Shown here: positions 30,415 to 40,488 of the stretch, piece after piece
How positions within the stretch are numbered: position 1 is the stretch's first letter
Layout: each line of letters opens with the position of its first letter
Assembly: GCA_963790475.1 (NCBI GenBank)
Contig: CAWBOS010000001.1
Location: 192,529 to 256,528, forward strand
From: an uncultured delta proteobacterium
GTDB taxonomy: Bacteria; Desulfobacterota; RBG-13-43-22
DNA length: 64,000 nucleotides
Direction of reading: 5' to 3'
Translations under genes and position numbers: made by a program
Notes under the pieces: generated by a model
Seen by the model: the letters and a program-made list of their open reading frames with translations, nothing else
Databases searched by the model: none
Told to the model about the DNA's origin: nothing

Positions 30415-30570
30415 GTGACACCTTGCCCAACTCTGGTAATTTGAGAGTCTCAACAGAGCTCTAACCTTGCTTTATTGGGGTTAAGGTGCAAGCGGAGAGT
30501 TATTTAAGCTCTGCGAGAAGGTCGACTTAGTCGCCTTAGATGCCGCAAACGATAATCTCTCCGCTTACAC
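30415..30570 (-). ncRNA. Candidate bridge RNA of IS110 element 1 (target loop 30490-30566, donor loop 30419-30488)
   Basis: Two stem/internal-loop/hairpin domains whose loop strands match the target and donor junction sequences. Confidence 0.7.
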
Positions 30571-30581
30571 GCTAAGAAGGT

Positions 30582-31841
30582 CTAAGCAGCCAGTTTTAAC
30601 GTTGCTCCTTTTGAATAATTTTCCATATATTCGTTATGATCACGCACCAAGGCAAAAATAACACCGAGAAGCTTCCGGGCAATGGCTACCAGGGCCTTGA
30701 TCTTGGGCATTCCTTGATCCAGATGCCTTTGATAGGCCGTATGCATCACTCCCCCTTTTCGAACCGTATTGATAGCGGCAAAAAAGAGGATTTTCCTAAG
30801 AAGCGACCGGCCTCTTTTGGATATATGACGATTCCCTTGGTGCCTTCCAGAACTGATTTCAAAGAGGTTCAGTCCGGCCAACTTCAGGACTTCAGCCAGC
30901 GTATGAAATTTACGAAAATCCCCGACTTCTCCAATCAGTCCGGCGGTGGTAACCTCTCCTATCCCTTTCAAGGACAGAATCGAATGACTATAGGGGATCT
31001 CGGGAAGAAGGGCCGCCATCTCCTGTTCCGCCTTCTCAATAAACTGGTCAGAAGATTCAATCTCAGAAAGAAGTTCTCGTATCTCAAAAAGAATCGCCTT
31101 GCGGCCTTCTTGAAGACCTACGGAATGGCCAGCGGCCGCATAAAGGGCCGGGGCTCGCTCTTTATCCAGCTTCCCTCGGCTAACCCGTCTCAGCGTGGCC
31201 CTCAAGGTCCCAAGACCACATTGGATAATATCTTCCGGGCACGGATAATGCCGCAACAGATATTGGGCACTGCGGGTTTTAATATTCTTCATCACTTGCA
31301 GAAACTCGGGGAAGACAATAAAGACCAAATCCTGAATCTGGTTCAAAAGGCCCGTTCGTCTTCGTATGGCTCTCTCCCTGGCATGGGTCAGTCGGCGAAG
31401 TTCAGCTGCCGCGCCTTCGGGAATGACCACGGTAAGGGCATGACCCAGCTCAATAATATCCGCAATGACTTTGGGATCTTTCCTATCCGTCTTATTGGGC
31501 GAGTTACCCTGGACTTCCTTCAACTTCTTCGTATGCATAGGATTAACCTGAACCAGTGTCACCGGCCGTTTCATCAGAAAATGTTGCAAGGGTTCTCCAT
31601 AAGACCCGGTGGATTCAAAACCAACCACGATTTCTTCCAAGTGATTGGCCTCTTTGGCCTCAACCATCCGATTCCAAAATTTCGTAAATCCTTGATCATT
31701 ATTGAAAAACTCAAAAGGTTTGATTTCCGTCCGGTCTGGACAGCGGCCATATCCCATATTGGTCGTTTTGCCTATGTCCACGGTACCGATAAGGGTTTTT
31801 TCATTGACCTTCTTAAGTTTTTTTGTTTCAATCTTATTCAT
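30582..31841 (-). CDS. IS110 family DEDD recombinase/transposase
   Basis: VDIGK, FESTG, KTDRKD, SSG catalytic Ser, SKRGRSLLR, ALVAIARKL. Confidence 0.95.
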   Translation of the reverse strand: MNKIETKKLKKVNEKTLIGTVDIGKTTNMGYGRCPDRTEIKPFEFFNNDQGFTKFWNRMVEAKEANHLEEIVVGFESTGSYGEPLQHFLMKRPVTLVQVNPMHTKKLKEVQGNSPNKTDRKDPKVIADIIELGHALTVVIPEGAAAELRRLTHARERAIRRRTGLLNQIQDLVFIVFPEFLQVMKNIKTRSAQYLLRHYPCPEDIIQCGLGTLRATLRRVSRGKLDKERAPALYAAAGHSVGLQEGRKAILFEIRELLSEIESSDQFIEKAEQEMAALLPEIPYSHSILSLKGIGEVTTAGLIGEVGDFRKFHTLAEVLKLAGLNLFEISSGRHQGNRHISKRGRSLLRKILFFAAINTVRKGGVMHTAYQRHLDQGMPKIKALVAIARKLLGVIFALVRDHNEYMENYSKGATLKLAA

Positions 31842-32000
31842 GGCTATACTCCTTTCCTTGGTTTGGGTTTAACCAACTTGCAAATTGGACCTCAAATCAA
31901 GAAAGAGTATAGCCTTTTTTGTACGGCTTAACTACTTTCTAAAATATAGCAAGCTTTGCGGTGAATAAAAATTCTTTTTTCAAACAAAAGTGTTACTAAG

Positions 32001-32357
32001 TTACCAGAGGCGAAGGATGACCTGGTCGCCTACTTTTTCTCCACGGGCCTTTTCCATGTGCCTCAGGGAGGCGAATTCCCGTTCCAGTTCTTTAGGAGTG
32101 ATGTTCAACTCCCGGCAGAGGATATCCGATCTGACTCCGCCGTTTTCCTTTAAATAGGCCAGAATTTTTGCCTGGAGTTCGTTGAACTGATCGCCGGAGC
32201 CCATTTGTTCCAGGCGCTTGGCGGAATGAACCGCCCAGGGGTCGCAGGCCTTCAGGGGTGATAAGGCATCCATATAACAATCCTCGCACAAGGTTTGGCC
32301 GAGCAGGTCTCTTTCCTCGCCGGTATCAATGGCCTGACCACATTTTTGGCAGTGCAT
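32001..32357 (-). CDS. Hypothetical protein (CxxC..CxxC Zn-ribbon + winged HTH)
   Basis: CQKC...LCEDC, CDPWAV, LEREFASLRHME. Confidence 0.75.
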   Translation of the reverse strand: MHCQKCGQAIDTGEERDLLGQTLCEDCYMDALSPLKACDPWAVHSAKRLEQMGSGDQFNELQAKILAYLKENGGVRSDILCRELNITPKELEREFASLRHMEKARGEKVGDQVILRLW

Positions 32358-32865
32358 AAAATAACCTCCTTAGACATAATAGGTCGTAAAGTCATCAAAA
32401 CTGTCAACGGCGGGGCTGAAGTCAGTCTCTCGGCGGGATTAATGGAAATAGACTTTTGACGACTTATTACGAGTTTGCAAGGTTTGAGCATATCAAATAT
32501 TGATAGGGATGGCAAATCCCTTTTCCAATCGCTTCCTCTTGAGCCTCCCCAGGGGATTTAGTCCCCTTCTATTTTTTGTGGGTATTCCCACTTGACAATC
32601 CCGTTCCTTTTTTTTATCATTCAAAAAAAATGAAAGAGAGATTAACCATAAAAAAAGTCCAAAAAGGTCTTTCTCAGTCAGGAACCGTCAAGCGGGATTC
32701 CTTTGCAAAATATGTCGACGAATGATCGCCGGATTTTCTGGTATTACGGTCCTCATAAGAATCAAATAACCATCGCCGCTATTACCCCCCACCGATAACC
32801 TCGGAAAAATCGGTTTTAAGAAAACCGGTTGCCCAAGGGTGTTTTTAGATAGAAAGGGAACTCTT

Positions 32866-33642
32866 ATGAAAATAATGCGTTTTGTTTATCAGGGCCAGAC
32901 CTTCTATGGAATAGTCAGTGGAGATGGTCTGCGGAAGATTGAAGGATGGCCTTCCGGTCCCTATAAAATAGCGGACTCAACAATCCCGGTGAACGAGGTT
33001 AAAATCTTGGCTCCCCTGATGCCCAGCAAGATTGTGGCCGTGGGCTTGAATTACGCCAGTCATGTCACCGAAATGAATATCGATCGGAAAGCCCCTGTCG
33101 CCCCGCTCTTATTCCTGAAGCCCCCCACGACCATCATCGGTCCGGAGGAAGGGATCTTCTATCCTGTAGACAGTCGGGTACTCCATTTTGAAGGGGAGCT
33201 GGCGGTCATTATCAAAAACCGGACTCGCATGATCCGGCCGGATCAAACCTCGGATCATATTCTGGGATACACCTGCCTGAATGATGTCACCGCCCGGGAT
33301 TGGCAGGCAACAGACGGGCAATGGACACGGGGTAAGTCCTATGATACCTTTTGTCCGATCGGCCCGGTCATCGCCCTGGATATCAAAAATCCAAATGCCC
33401 TGAAGATTGAAACCCGGCTCAACGGCCAGGTGAAACAGTCCGCCTCCACCGCCGATCTTTTGTTCAAAGTGGAGGAGTTGGTTAGTTATATCTCCCGTCA
33501 CATGACCTTACTGCCGGGAGATATCATCGCCACCGGGACCCCGGAAGGAGTCGGTCCCATGAAGGTCGGCGATACGGTGGAGGTGGAGATCGAAGAAATC
33601 GGGGTCCTGCGTAACCAGGTGATCGAAGACCCGGGTCATTAA
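32866..33642 (+). CDS. Fumarylacetoacetate hydrolase family protein
   Basis: KIVAVGLNY, FLKP, EGELAVII, NDVTARD, KSYDTFCPIGP, TGTPEGVG. Confidence 0.92.
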   Translation: MKIMRFVYQGQTFYGIVSGDGLRKIEGWPSGPYKIADSTIPVNEVKILAPLMPSKIVAVGLNYASHVTEMNIDRKAPVAPLLFLKPPTTIIGPEEGIFYPVDSRVLHFEGELAVIIKNRTRMIRPDQTSDHILGYTCLNDVTARDWQATDGQWTRGKSYDTFCPIGPVIALDIKNPNALKIETRLNGQVKQSASTADLLFKVEELVSYISRHMTLLPGDIIATGTPEGVGPMKVGDTVEVEIEEIGVLRNQVIEDPGH

Positions 33643-33743
33643 GTTGGTTATTAAACCAGCAAATAAAGTTCTAAATAAGTTCGGATCGAAATTCTAAGAA
33701 GTTTAATTTCCGGATAACGTTATTTCTGATAATCTCGTAATAT

Positions 33744-33848
33744 AAAGTCACCCCGGTGAAAACCGGGGTCCAGGAGTTTTCTAACTTGCAAAAGTCCCTG
33801 GATTCCGACTTTCGTCGGAATGACAAAAATTGGCTTTCCGTGATTTTT
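33744..33848 (+). repeat. Repeat family D copy (empty-site reference for IS110 element 2)
   Basis: GTCACCCCGGTGAAAACCGGGGTCCAGG...CCCTGGATTCCGACTTTCGTCGGAATGAC. Confidence 0.8.
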
Positions 33849-33949
33849 CCCCCGGGTTATCTTTGATGGATTCCCCTTATTTTTACAATTACAATTTTAG
33901 ATATTTTATTGCCGCAGTAATATAAGGCGATCGGTCACAACCCCTTCCC

Positions 33950-34250
33950 TCCCAACTGGTATTTTGTGAGGTTGGGCAATGCTTTTTCTCAGATGGGTGA
34001 ATATAATCGGGCAGTCGAAGCTTATAAAAAAACCATTCAAAAAACCCCGATTTTCTTTTAGCCTACATTGGACTGGCCGCCTGTTGCGGTGCGGCAAACC
34101 GTGCGGGGGAGGCACATGATTCAACCGCACAGAATCCTCAAGATTGATCCCAAATTTTCCCTTCAGGTCTACTCGGCTGGTCTGCCGTATAAAAGCGAAA
34201 AACACCAGGATTTTTGGATTGCCAGTCTGTGGAAAACGGGCCTGAAGTGA
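33950..34250 (+). pseudogene. Degenerate C-terminal TPR fragment (adenylate cyclase/TPR-like tail)
   Basis: ILKIDPKFSL...LPYK...SLWKTGLK resembles such tails; the upstream part is frameshifted. Confidence 0.4.
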
Positions 34251-35106
34251 GTAACGGGAACCCGGCGAAATAATTCCTTCCAACCATTGACGTCAATGAT
34301 CAGTGAGGGGTGTAAGGGATAAGCCGACCCAAACCAAAATCCCTCGAACTCCAGATAGACTTGTTTGATTCCCAGCTTCTTTTCTATTTCAGTATTTCGA
34401 CATTTTTTCAGGTGATTTTTAAACCTAAATTGAGAAGCTGAATTTCAATCGACCCTATATCTTATTTTTGATCCTGATCAGACCTGTCAAGGTTTTGAGC
34501 AGAGAAGCCCATCTTGTATTTGGAGCTTATTCATTTTGTTAGGCCCATTTCTTCAAAAGATCCTTTATAAGTTTGTCGCTTTTTTGTGACAATTATCTCA
34601 CCAGTAAAATACAGGGGAATTCTTTTTCATATACAGTTTTTGCCCTATTCAATTTTTTGTTCATTAGTGAGAAGATTATCCATCTTCTAAGAAAGTCTAC
34701 ACCATCATCTAGAAGCTATCAATAAGAAGCGCTGGTTTATTCATGGATTCAACAGACCAAAATTGAAATAACAAAAGCCAATAGCATAACTTGACTTCTC
34801 ATATTTAATGCTTAATTTAAAAATAGAAGTATTTAACGATCATACCTGCAATTAAGAATATAGTGGAATTTTTCTACATATACAGTTCCCGCGCCATTCA
34901 TTTTTTAAGTAATTAGAAAGAAAAAGTATCTTACAATAATCAATTTGGCCGATTCGACCAAAAAGACTTAGCGCTGGTTTGCGAAAATATTTTTTCATAT
35001 TCTCTACTATCGATTCCAAAGACATCATTATTCTCCGACAAGAAATTATCCCAAGGTAAAATTGCCTTGGAGTAGTCGTACGTTAACCTTTATAAAGGGT
35101 GCCTGC

Positions 35107-35808
35107 ATGCATATTCTTTGGATAAAAAGAATGTCGTTTGGTGTGGTCATTGTTAACTTAGTAATGGTCTGCGGTTATTTATTCTTAACCATTTTGGTCT
35201 TATTCACCCCCACGTCAATTCGGAATCGGGCCGAAGTGAGCAAGGCCCTTTCAAACTTAGTTTATAATTCATTTACCCCTTCGTCATTTTGGAATCCGAC
35301 TGAAATCAACGTGGCCCTTCCCAGCTTTGGCCATAATTTATTTACCCCTTCGTTTGAAGTCCGACAAACTTCAGGTTCAACCTATGATCAATGGATCAGG
35401 GCCGCCTGCCGAAAATATTCTCTGGATCCGGCCCTGGTCATGGCCGTCATCCATGCCGAATCCCAATTTGACCCGCTGGCCGTTTCTCCTAAAGGGGCGG
35501 TGGGGCTGATGCAATTGACTCCTGTGGTCACCAGGGAATTAGGGATCGATGATCCTTTTGATCCCCAACTTAACATCGATGGGGGCGTGCGTTATCTGAA
35601 GGGTCTACTGGTTACTTTTGATGGTGATAAGGAACTGGCCCTGGCCGCTTACAATGCCGGTCTTACTCAAGTCTACCGTTACAACGGGGTTCCTCCTTTC
35701 AAAGATACCCAAAAGTATCTTAAACAGGTTTTCCACTATCTGGCCTTTTATCAAAAAAATCCCGTCTACAAAAATTTAAGTCTTAAACCTCATAATCCGC
35801 CCGCCTAA
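35107..35808 (+). CDS. Lytic transglycosylase (SLT domain), membrane anchored
   Basis: AVIHAESQF, SPKGAVGLMQL, ALAAYNAG; start uncertain. Confidence 0.88.
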   Translation: MHILWIKRMSFGVVIVNLVMVCGYLFLTILVLFTPTSIRNRAEVSKALSNLVYNSFTPSSFWNPTEINVALPSFGHNLFTPSFEVRQTSGSTYDQWIRAACRKYSLDPALVMAVIHAESQFDPLAVSPKGAVGLMQLTPVVTRELGIDDPFDPQLNIDGGVRYLKGLLVTFDGDKELALAAYNAGLTQVYRYNGVPPFKDTQKYLKQVFHYLAFYQKNPVYKNLSLKPHNPPA

Positions 35809-36323
35809 AAATCCAATTTTTCGCTTGGCCTGAATTAGATCGATGAAGTCCCCGAGCCAAGGTCTGATCAAAGTTCAAAAAAATATCCCTAAACCCCTTA
35901 AACCGCCTCCCTGCTTGTGTTCCCGCCGGCTGGTGCTGGTTGCAGCCCGCCCAAACGGGTTGGTTGCCCTATCACCGGGCCTTATCCTCAGAATGGTTTT
36001 AGCTGCCCTTGTGGTTTTTTTAGCTCCGTTTTCCCCCTCCGTCGCCCTGTTTCTATTGCTTTCTGAGGGTCCTTTGCCTTTGTTGTTTTTAGTCATTTAG
36101 GGTGGGCGGCTGCTGCTCCCCGCGCCCCCCGCCGTTCCTCTATCATCTCCCCCTATTTTTCTTCTTGATCCTTCCTTCCCCCTGTTTTATACTCTTTCTT
36201 TAAAAATCAGGTTCTTATCAATGATTGCCTTTACTCAGGCCGACGTCTTTTTCATTCTGCCGCACATGCGCGACCTTGATGGCCCTTTATATAGCTTTGC
36301 AACTGATCAATTCAGGAGTAAGT

Positions 36324-39101
36324 ATGGCAAATCAAACCCCGGAACAAATTGCAAGAGATATTATCGACAGTCAGTTGATTGATTGCGGCTGGATAATTCA
36401 AAATAAGAAACAAATTAACCTGAACGCGGGGCTGGGTATAGCAGTGACGGAATATCAAACCGATGTCGGCCCCGCGGATTATATCTTGTTTGTATCAGGT
36501 AAACCTGTGGGGGTGATTGAGGCAAAAAAAGAGGAAGAGGGCGTTCGATTAACGGTTCACGAAGATCAATCAAAATATTATGCCGACAGCAAACTGAAAT
36601 ATCTCAATAATGATCCCTTGCCTTTTGTATATGAAAGCACCGGCACATTAACCCGCTTTACTGATTACCGCGACCCCAAGCCTCGTTCCAGACCGGTTTT
36701 CAATTTTCAGCGTCCAGAAACGTTTCGGGAATGGCTAAGGCTTGGCAACTCACTAAGGCAGCGGTTATTCAATATTCCTCCTTTGTTAACCGCAGGGTTG
36801 CGGGATTGTCAGATCGTTGCCATCAACAATCTGGAGGATTCCTTTCGCAGAAATCAACCCAAAGCTCTTATTCAAATGGCCCCGGGTTCTGGAAAAACCT
36901 TCACGGCCATTACCGCGATTTATCGCCTGCTCACTCATGCCAAAGCGAACCGGGTGTTATTTCTGGTGGATACAAGAAACCTTGGCGAGCAGGCCGAACA
37001 GGAATTCATGGCCTATATGCCCAATGACGATAATCGCAAGTTTTCCGAATTGTATGGCGTCCATCGTTTGAAATCAAGCTTTGTGCCTGCCGACAATCAG
37101 GTGTACATCAGCACAATTCAGCGTTTATATTCGATCCTGAAAGAAGAAGAATTGGACGAAAAAGCCGAAGAGACAAATCCAGGTGAAATAAAATGGGAAA
37201 AACGGCGACCGATGCCGGTGATCTACAATCCCAAATTACCCCTTGAATATTTCGATTTCATTATAATCGACGAATGCCACCGCAGTATTTACAACTTATG
37301 GAAACAAGTTCTGGATTATTTCGATGCCTTTTTGATCGGCCTCACCGCCACGCCGGACAACCGAACCTTTGGTTTTTTCAACCAGAACATTGTCAGTGAA
37401 TACACCCACGAGCAAGCTGTTTCCGATGGCGTGAATGTGGGCAGCGATGTGTATCTGATCGAAACGGAAATTACCCAAAAGGGGGGCGTGATCTGGAAAG
37501 GCCAGTATGTGGATCATCGTGAGAAGCTCAGCCGCAAAAAACGATGGGAACAGTTGGATGAAGATGTAATCTATTCCCAAACAGAGTTAGACGACAAAGT
37601 CGTAAATCCTACCCAAATCCGCACTGTCATTCGTACCTTAAAGGAGCATTTGCCGGAAATGTTTCCTGATCGTTACAATGACAATTTAGAATTTGAAGTC
37701 CCCAAAACACTGATATTTGCCAAAACAGACAGTCACGCCGATGACATTATCCAGATCGTGCGGGATGAATTTAACGAAGAAAACCGCTTTTGCAAAAAGA
37801 TCACCTACAACAGTCCAGAAGACCCCAAAAGCACGCTGGCCCAGTTCCGCAACGACTATTACCCGCGCATTGCCGTTACCGTGGATATGATCGCCACGGG
37901 TACAGATGTTAAGCCTCTGGAATGCTTGCTCTTTATGCGGGATGTTAAAAGCCGCAATTACTTTGAGCAGATGAAAGGCCGGGGCACACGTACCATAAAC
38001 TTTGATGATCTGAAAAAAGTTACGCCTTCGGCCAAACACATCAAAGACCATTATGTTATTGTCGATGCCGTCGGTGTCACTAAGAGCTTGAAAACGGACA
38101 GCCGTCCTTTGGAGAAAAAGCCTGGTGTTCCGCTGAAGGATTTACTGACGGCTATTACTGTGGGGGCAAGAGATGAAGACCTGTTCACCTCTCTGGCCAA
38201 TCGCCTTGCCCGTCTGGAAAAGCAATTAACCGATAAAGAAAAAACTGTTTTTGCTGAAAAGGCAAAGAGCAAAACTATTACACAGGTTGTTAAAGAACTG
38301 CTCAATGCCTACAACCCCGACACATTGGAAGATATTCGCCTTAAAGTAGAGCAGGAAAATCACGACGCGGCGCCTATTGAAAAAGAAAAAAAACTAAAGA
38401 CTCTAACCACCGCCCTGCAAGATCAGGCTGCGAGTACCTTCAATGGTGATCTCAATGACTACATCGAAAATGTGAGGAGGGTTCACGAACAAATCATTGA
38501 TCTGATAAACCTCGACAAGGTAACCGGTGTGGGCTGGGAGAAAGACAATAAAGAAAAAGCCCAGGAATTGGTAACATCATTTACCGATTGGATAGGCCAG
38601 CACAAAAATGAAATCACGGCCTTACAAATATTTTACAGTCAGCCCTACCGGAGACGCGAGCTAACCTTTAAGATGATTAAGGAGCTGGTAGAAACCATTA
38701 TTGCCGACAAACCCACGCTTGCCCCCTTGAGTGTGTGGCGGGCTTATGAGCTGTTAGAAAACGTCAGCGGACAACCCAAAAACGAACTGGTGGCCCTGGT
38801 TTCTCTTATCCGTAAGGTAGTAGGGATTGATGACACGCTCACTTCTTATGATAAAACAGTGGATAAGAATTTTCAAAATTGGGTATTTAAAAAACAGGCA
38901 GGCAAACTGAAATTTACCGAGGAGCAAATGCAGTGGCTTCGGATGCTCAAAGACCATATCTCAGCGTCGATTTCTGTCACTGCCGATGACTTGGATTATA
39001 CGCCATTTGACGCACAAGGCGGCAAGGGTAAGATGTGGCAACTCTTCGGTAACGAGACGGAAAATATAATCAATGATCTAAATGAAGCATTGGCGGCATA
39101 G
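36324..39101 (+). CDS. hsdR: Type I restriction endonuclease subunit R (EcoEI-like)
   Basis: ADY..VIEAK nuclease, GSGKT, DECHRS, GLTATP, QMKGRGTR; AGGAG RBS. Confidence 0.92.
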   Translation: MANQTPEQIARDIIDSQLIDCGWIIQNKKQINLNAGLGIAVTEYQTDVGPADYILFVSGKPVGVIEAKKEEEGVRLTVHEDQSKYYADSKLKYLNNDPLPFVYESTGTLTRFTDYRDPKPRSRPVFNFQRPETFREWLRLGNSLRQRLFNIPPLLTAGLRDCQIVAINNLEDSFRRNQPKALIQMAPGSGKTFTAITAIYRLLTHAKANRVLFLVDTRNLGEQAEQEFMAYMPNDDNRKFSELYGVHRLKSSFVPADNQVYISTIQRLYSILKEEELDEKAEETNPGEIKWEKRRPMPVIYNPKLPLEYFDFIIIDECHRSIYNLWKQVLDYFDAFLIGLTATPDNRTFGFFNQNIVSEYTHEQAVSDGVNVGSDVYLIETEITQKGGVIWKGQYVDHREKLSRKKRWEQLDEDVIYSQTELDDKVVNPTQIRTVIRTLKEHLPEMFPDRYNDNLEFEVPKTLIFAKTDSHADDIIQIVRDEFNEENRFCKKITYNSPEDPKSTLAQFRNDYYPRIAVTVDMIATGTDVKPLECLLFMRDVKSRNYFEQMKGRGTRTINFDDLKKVTPSAKHIKDHYVIVDAVGVTKSLKTDSRPLEKKPGVPLKDLLTAITVGARDEDLFTSLANRLARLEKQLTDKEKTVFAEKAKSKTITQVVKELLNAYNPDTLEDIRLKVEQENHDAAPIEKEKKLKTLTTALQDQAASTFNGDLNDYIENVRRVHEQIIDLINLDKVTGVGWEKDNKEKAQELVTSFTDWIGQHKNEITALQIFYSQPYRRRELTFKMIKELVETIIADKPTLAPLSVWRAYELLENVSGQPKNELVALVSLIRKVVGIDDTLTSYDKTVDKNFQNWVFKKQAGKLKFTEEQMQWLRMLKDHISASISVTADDLDYTPFDAQGGKGKMWQLFGNETENIINDLNEALAA

Positions 39102-39102
39102 G

Positions 39103-40488
39103 ATGGAAGAAGGAAGGAAAATCCCAAAAGGGTGGTTAAAAATATGTTTGGGAGAAGTGTGTAAACTTAAAAATGGATACGCCTTTAAAAGCTCTGATTA
39201 TTTAGAAGAAGGAATCCCCGTAATTAGAATTTCGGATATCAATGAGGGTGTAGTTTCTGTTAATAATTCTGTAAAAGTTATAGCTGATGAAGAGTATGAA
39301 AATCATATTGTTAGAAAGGATGATATTCTTGTAGCGATGTCTGGTGCTACAACAGGCAAATTTGGAATTTTTAGAAATAATATAATAGCATATCAGAACC
39401 AACGCGTAGGAAAGTTCCAAATTCATGATAAAAATGCCCTTAATAATACTTTTCTTTTGTTTCTGCTTTATTCTTTAAAAAGAAAAATATTAGAAGACGC
39501 GTATGGTGGAGCGCAGCCAAATATTTCTTCTGGTAAAATTGAGGAACTCAAAATACCCCTTCCACCTCTCCCCGAGCAGCACCGCATTGTCGCCAAAATA
39601 GAAGAGCTATTCAGCAGTTTGGATAAAGGCATCGAATACCTCAAATCCACACAGCAACAACTTAAAGTCTATAGGCAGGCCGTCTTAAAATGGGCATTTG
39701 AAGGGAGACTGACAAATAGGGATGTGGTCGAAGGTGAATTGCCAGATAGTTGGACCGAGAAAAAAGTCTCAGAAATTTCAGACATTTTTGGTGGTTTTGC
39801 TTTTAAAAGTGGGGAGTTCAAGGATAACGGGAAATACCAAGTTTTGAGAATGGGAAATATTCGCCCTGGAGTTTTACGATATGACGAAAAGGCAATTTTT
39901 CTTGATGAGGTTGAAGAAAATATATTGAATAAAGCGTTATTAAGACAGGATGATGTTGTCATTTCACAAACTGGGACAAAAGGAAAAAGAGATTATGGCT
40001 ATACTGCATTAATCCCTAAAAAGAATTTACTCTTAAATCAAAGAATTTCCGCAATTAGATGTAACGAAAAATGTCTCCCTAAGTTCTTTCTTTATTATAC
40101 ATGGACTGATAGATTCAAAAATCAATATTTTGCTAATGAGACAGGTAATGTTGGGCAAGGTAATGTTGGGATGAAAGCGGTAACAGATACCTTGGTTTAC
40201 CTTCCAAGCATAGATGAACAACTCATCATAGTCGCCGAAATCGAATCCCGTCTCTCTGGCTGCGACAAAATCGAAGAGATCATAGAGCATAGTCTCAAAC
40301 AGGCGGAGTCTTTGCGTCAAAGCATTCTGAAAAAGGCCTTTGAGGGGAAACTCGTTCCCCAGGACTCAAACGACGAACCGGCAAGCCTCCTATTGCCCCG
40401 GATCAAGGGTGAGAGAGAAAAAAATAAATCGGAAACCCCAACACGCCGGCCGGTAGGGAAATTAAAAATGAAAAAGGCAAAATTATGA
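39103..40488 (+). CDS. hsdS: Type I RM specificity subunit S
   Basis: Two AT-rich TRDs with conserved PLPPLPEQHRIV and LRQSILKKAFEGKL spacers. Confidence 0.92.
   Translation: MEEGRKIPKGWLKICLGEVCKLKNGYAFKSSDYLEEGIPVIRISDINEGVVSVNNSVKVIADEEYENHIVRKDDILVAMSGATTGKFGIFRNNIIAYQNQRVGKFQIHDKNALNNTFLLFLLYSLKRKILEDAYGGAQPNISSGKIEELKIPLPPLPEQHRIVAKIEELFSSLDKGIEYLKSTQQQLKVYRQAVLKWAFEGRLTNRDVVEGELPDSWTEKKVSEISDIFGGFAFKSGEFKDNGKYQVLRMGNIRPGVLRYDEKAIFLDEVEENILNKALLRQDDVVISQTGTKGKRDYGYTALIPKKNLLLNQRISAIRCNEKCLPKFFLYYTWTDRFKNQYFANETGNVGQGNVGMKAVTDTLVYLPSIDEQLIIVAEIESRLSGCDKIEEIIEHSLKQAESLRQSILKKAFEGKLVPQDSNDEPASLLLPRIKGEREKNKSETPTRRPVGKLKMKKAKL

Larger units (their letters stand above)
30356..31953 (-). mobile_element. 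IS110-family element 1; CT core at 30354-55 and 31954-55, no TSD/TIR
   Basis: Ends are defined by the interrupted repeat; the circle junction forms TTGACA-17nt-TATATT. Confidence 0.88.

Noticed and set aside
30636-31931. 431-aa ORF antisense to IS110 recombinase 1
   Set aside because: Shadow ORF with no motifs; fully overlaps a well-supported gene
34885-34900. GTTCCCGCGCCA resembling a tRNA 3' end
   Set aside because: Too short, wrong orientation for the tRNA-Arg att, and no T-arm
35843-36200. Pyrimidine-rich stretch with short ORFs before hsdR
   Set aside because: No recognisable protein or att site; may mark the island edge but this is unsupported
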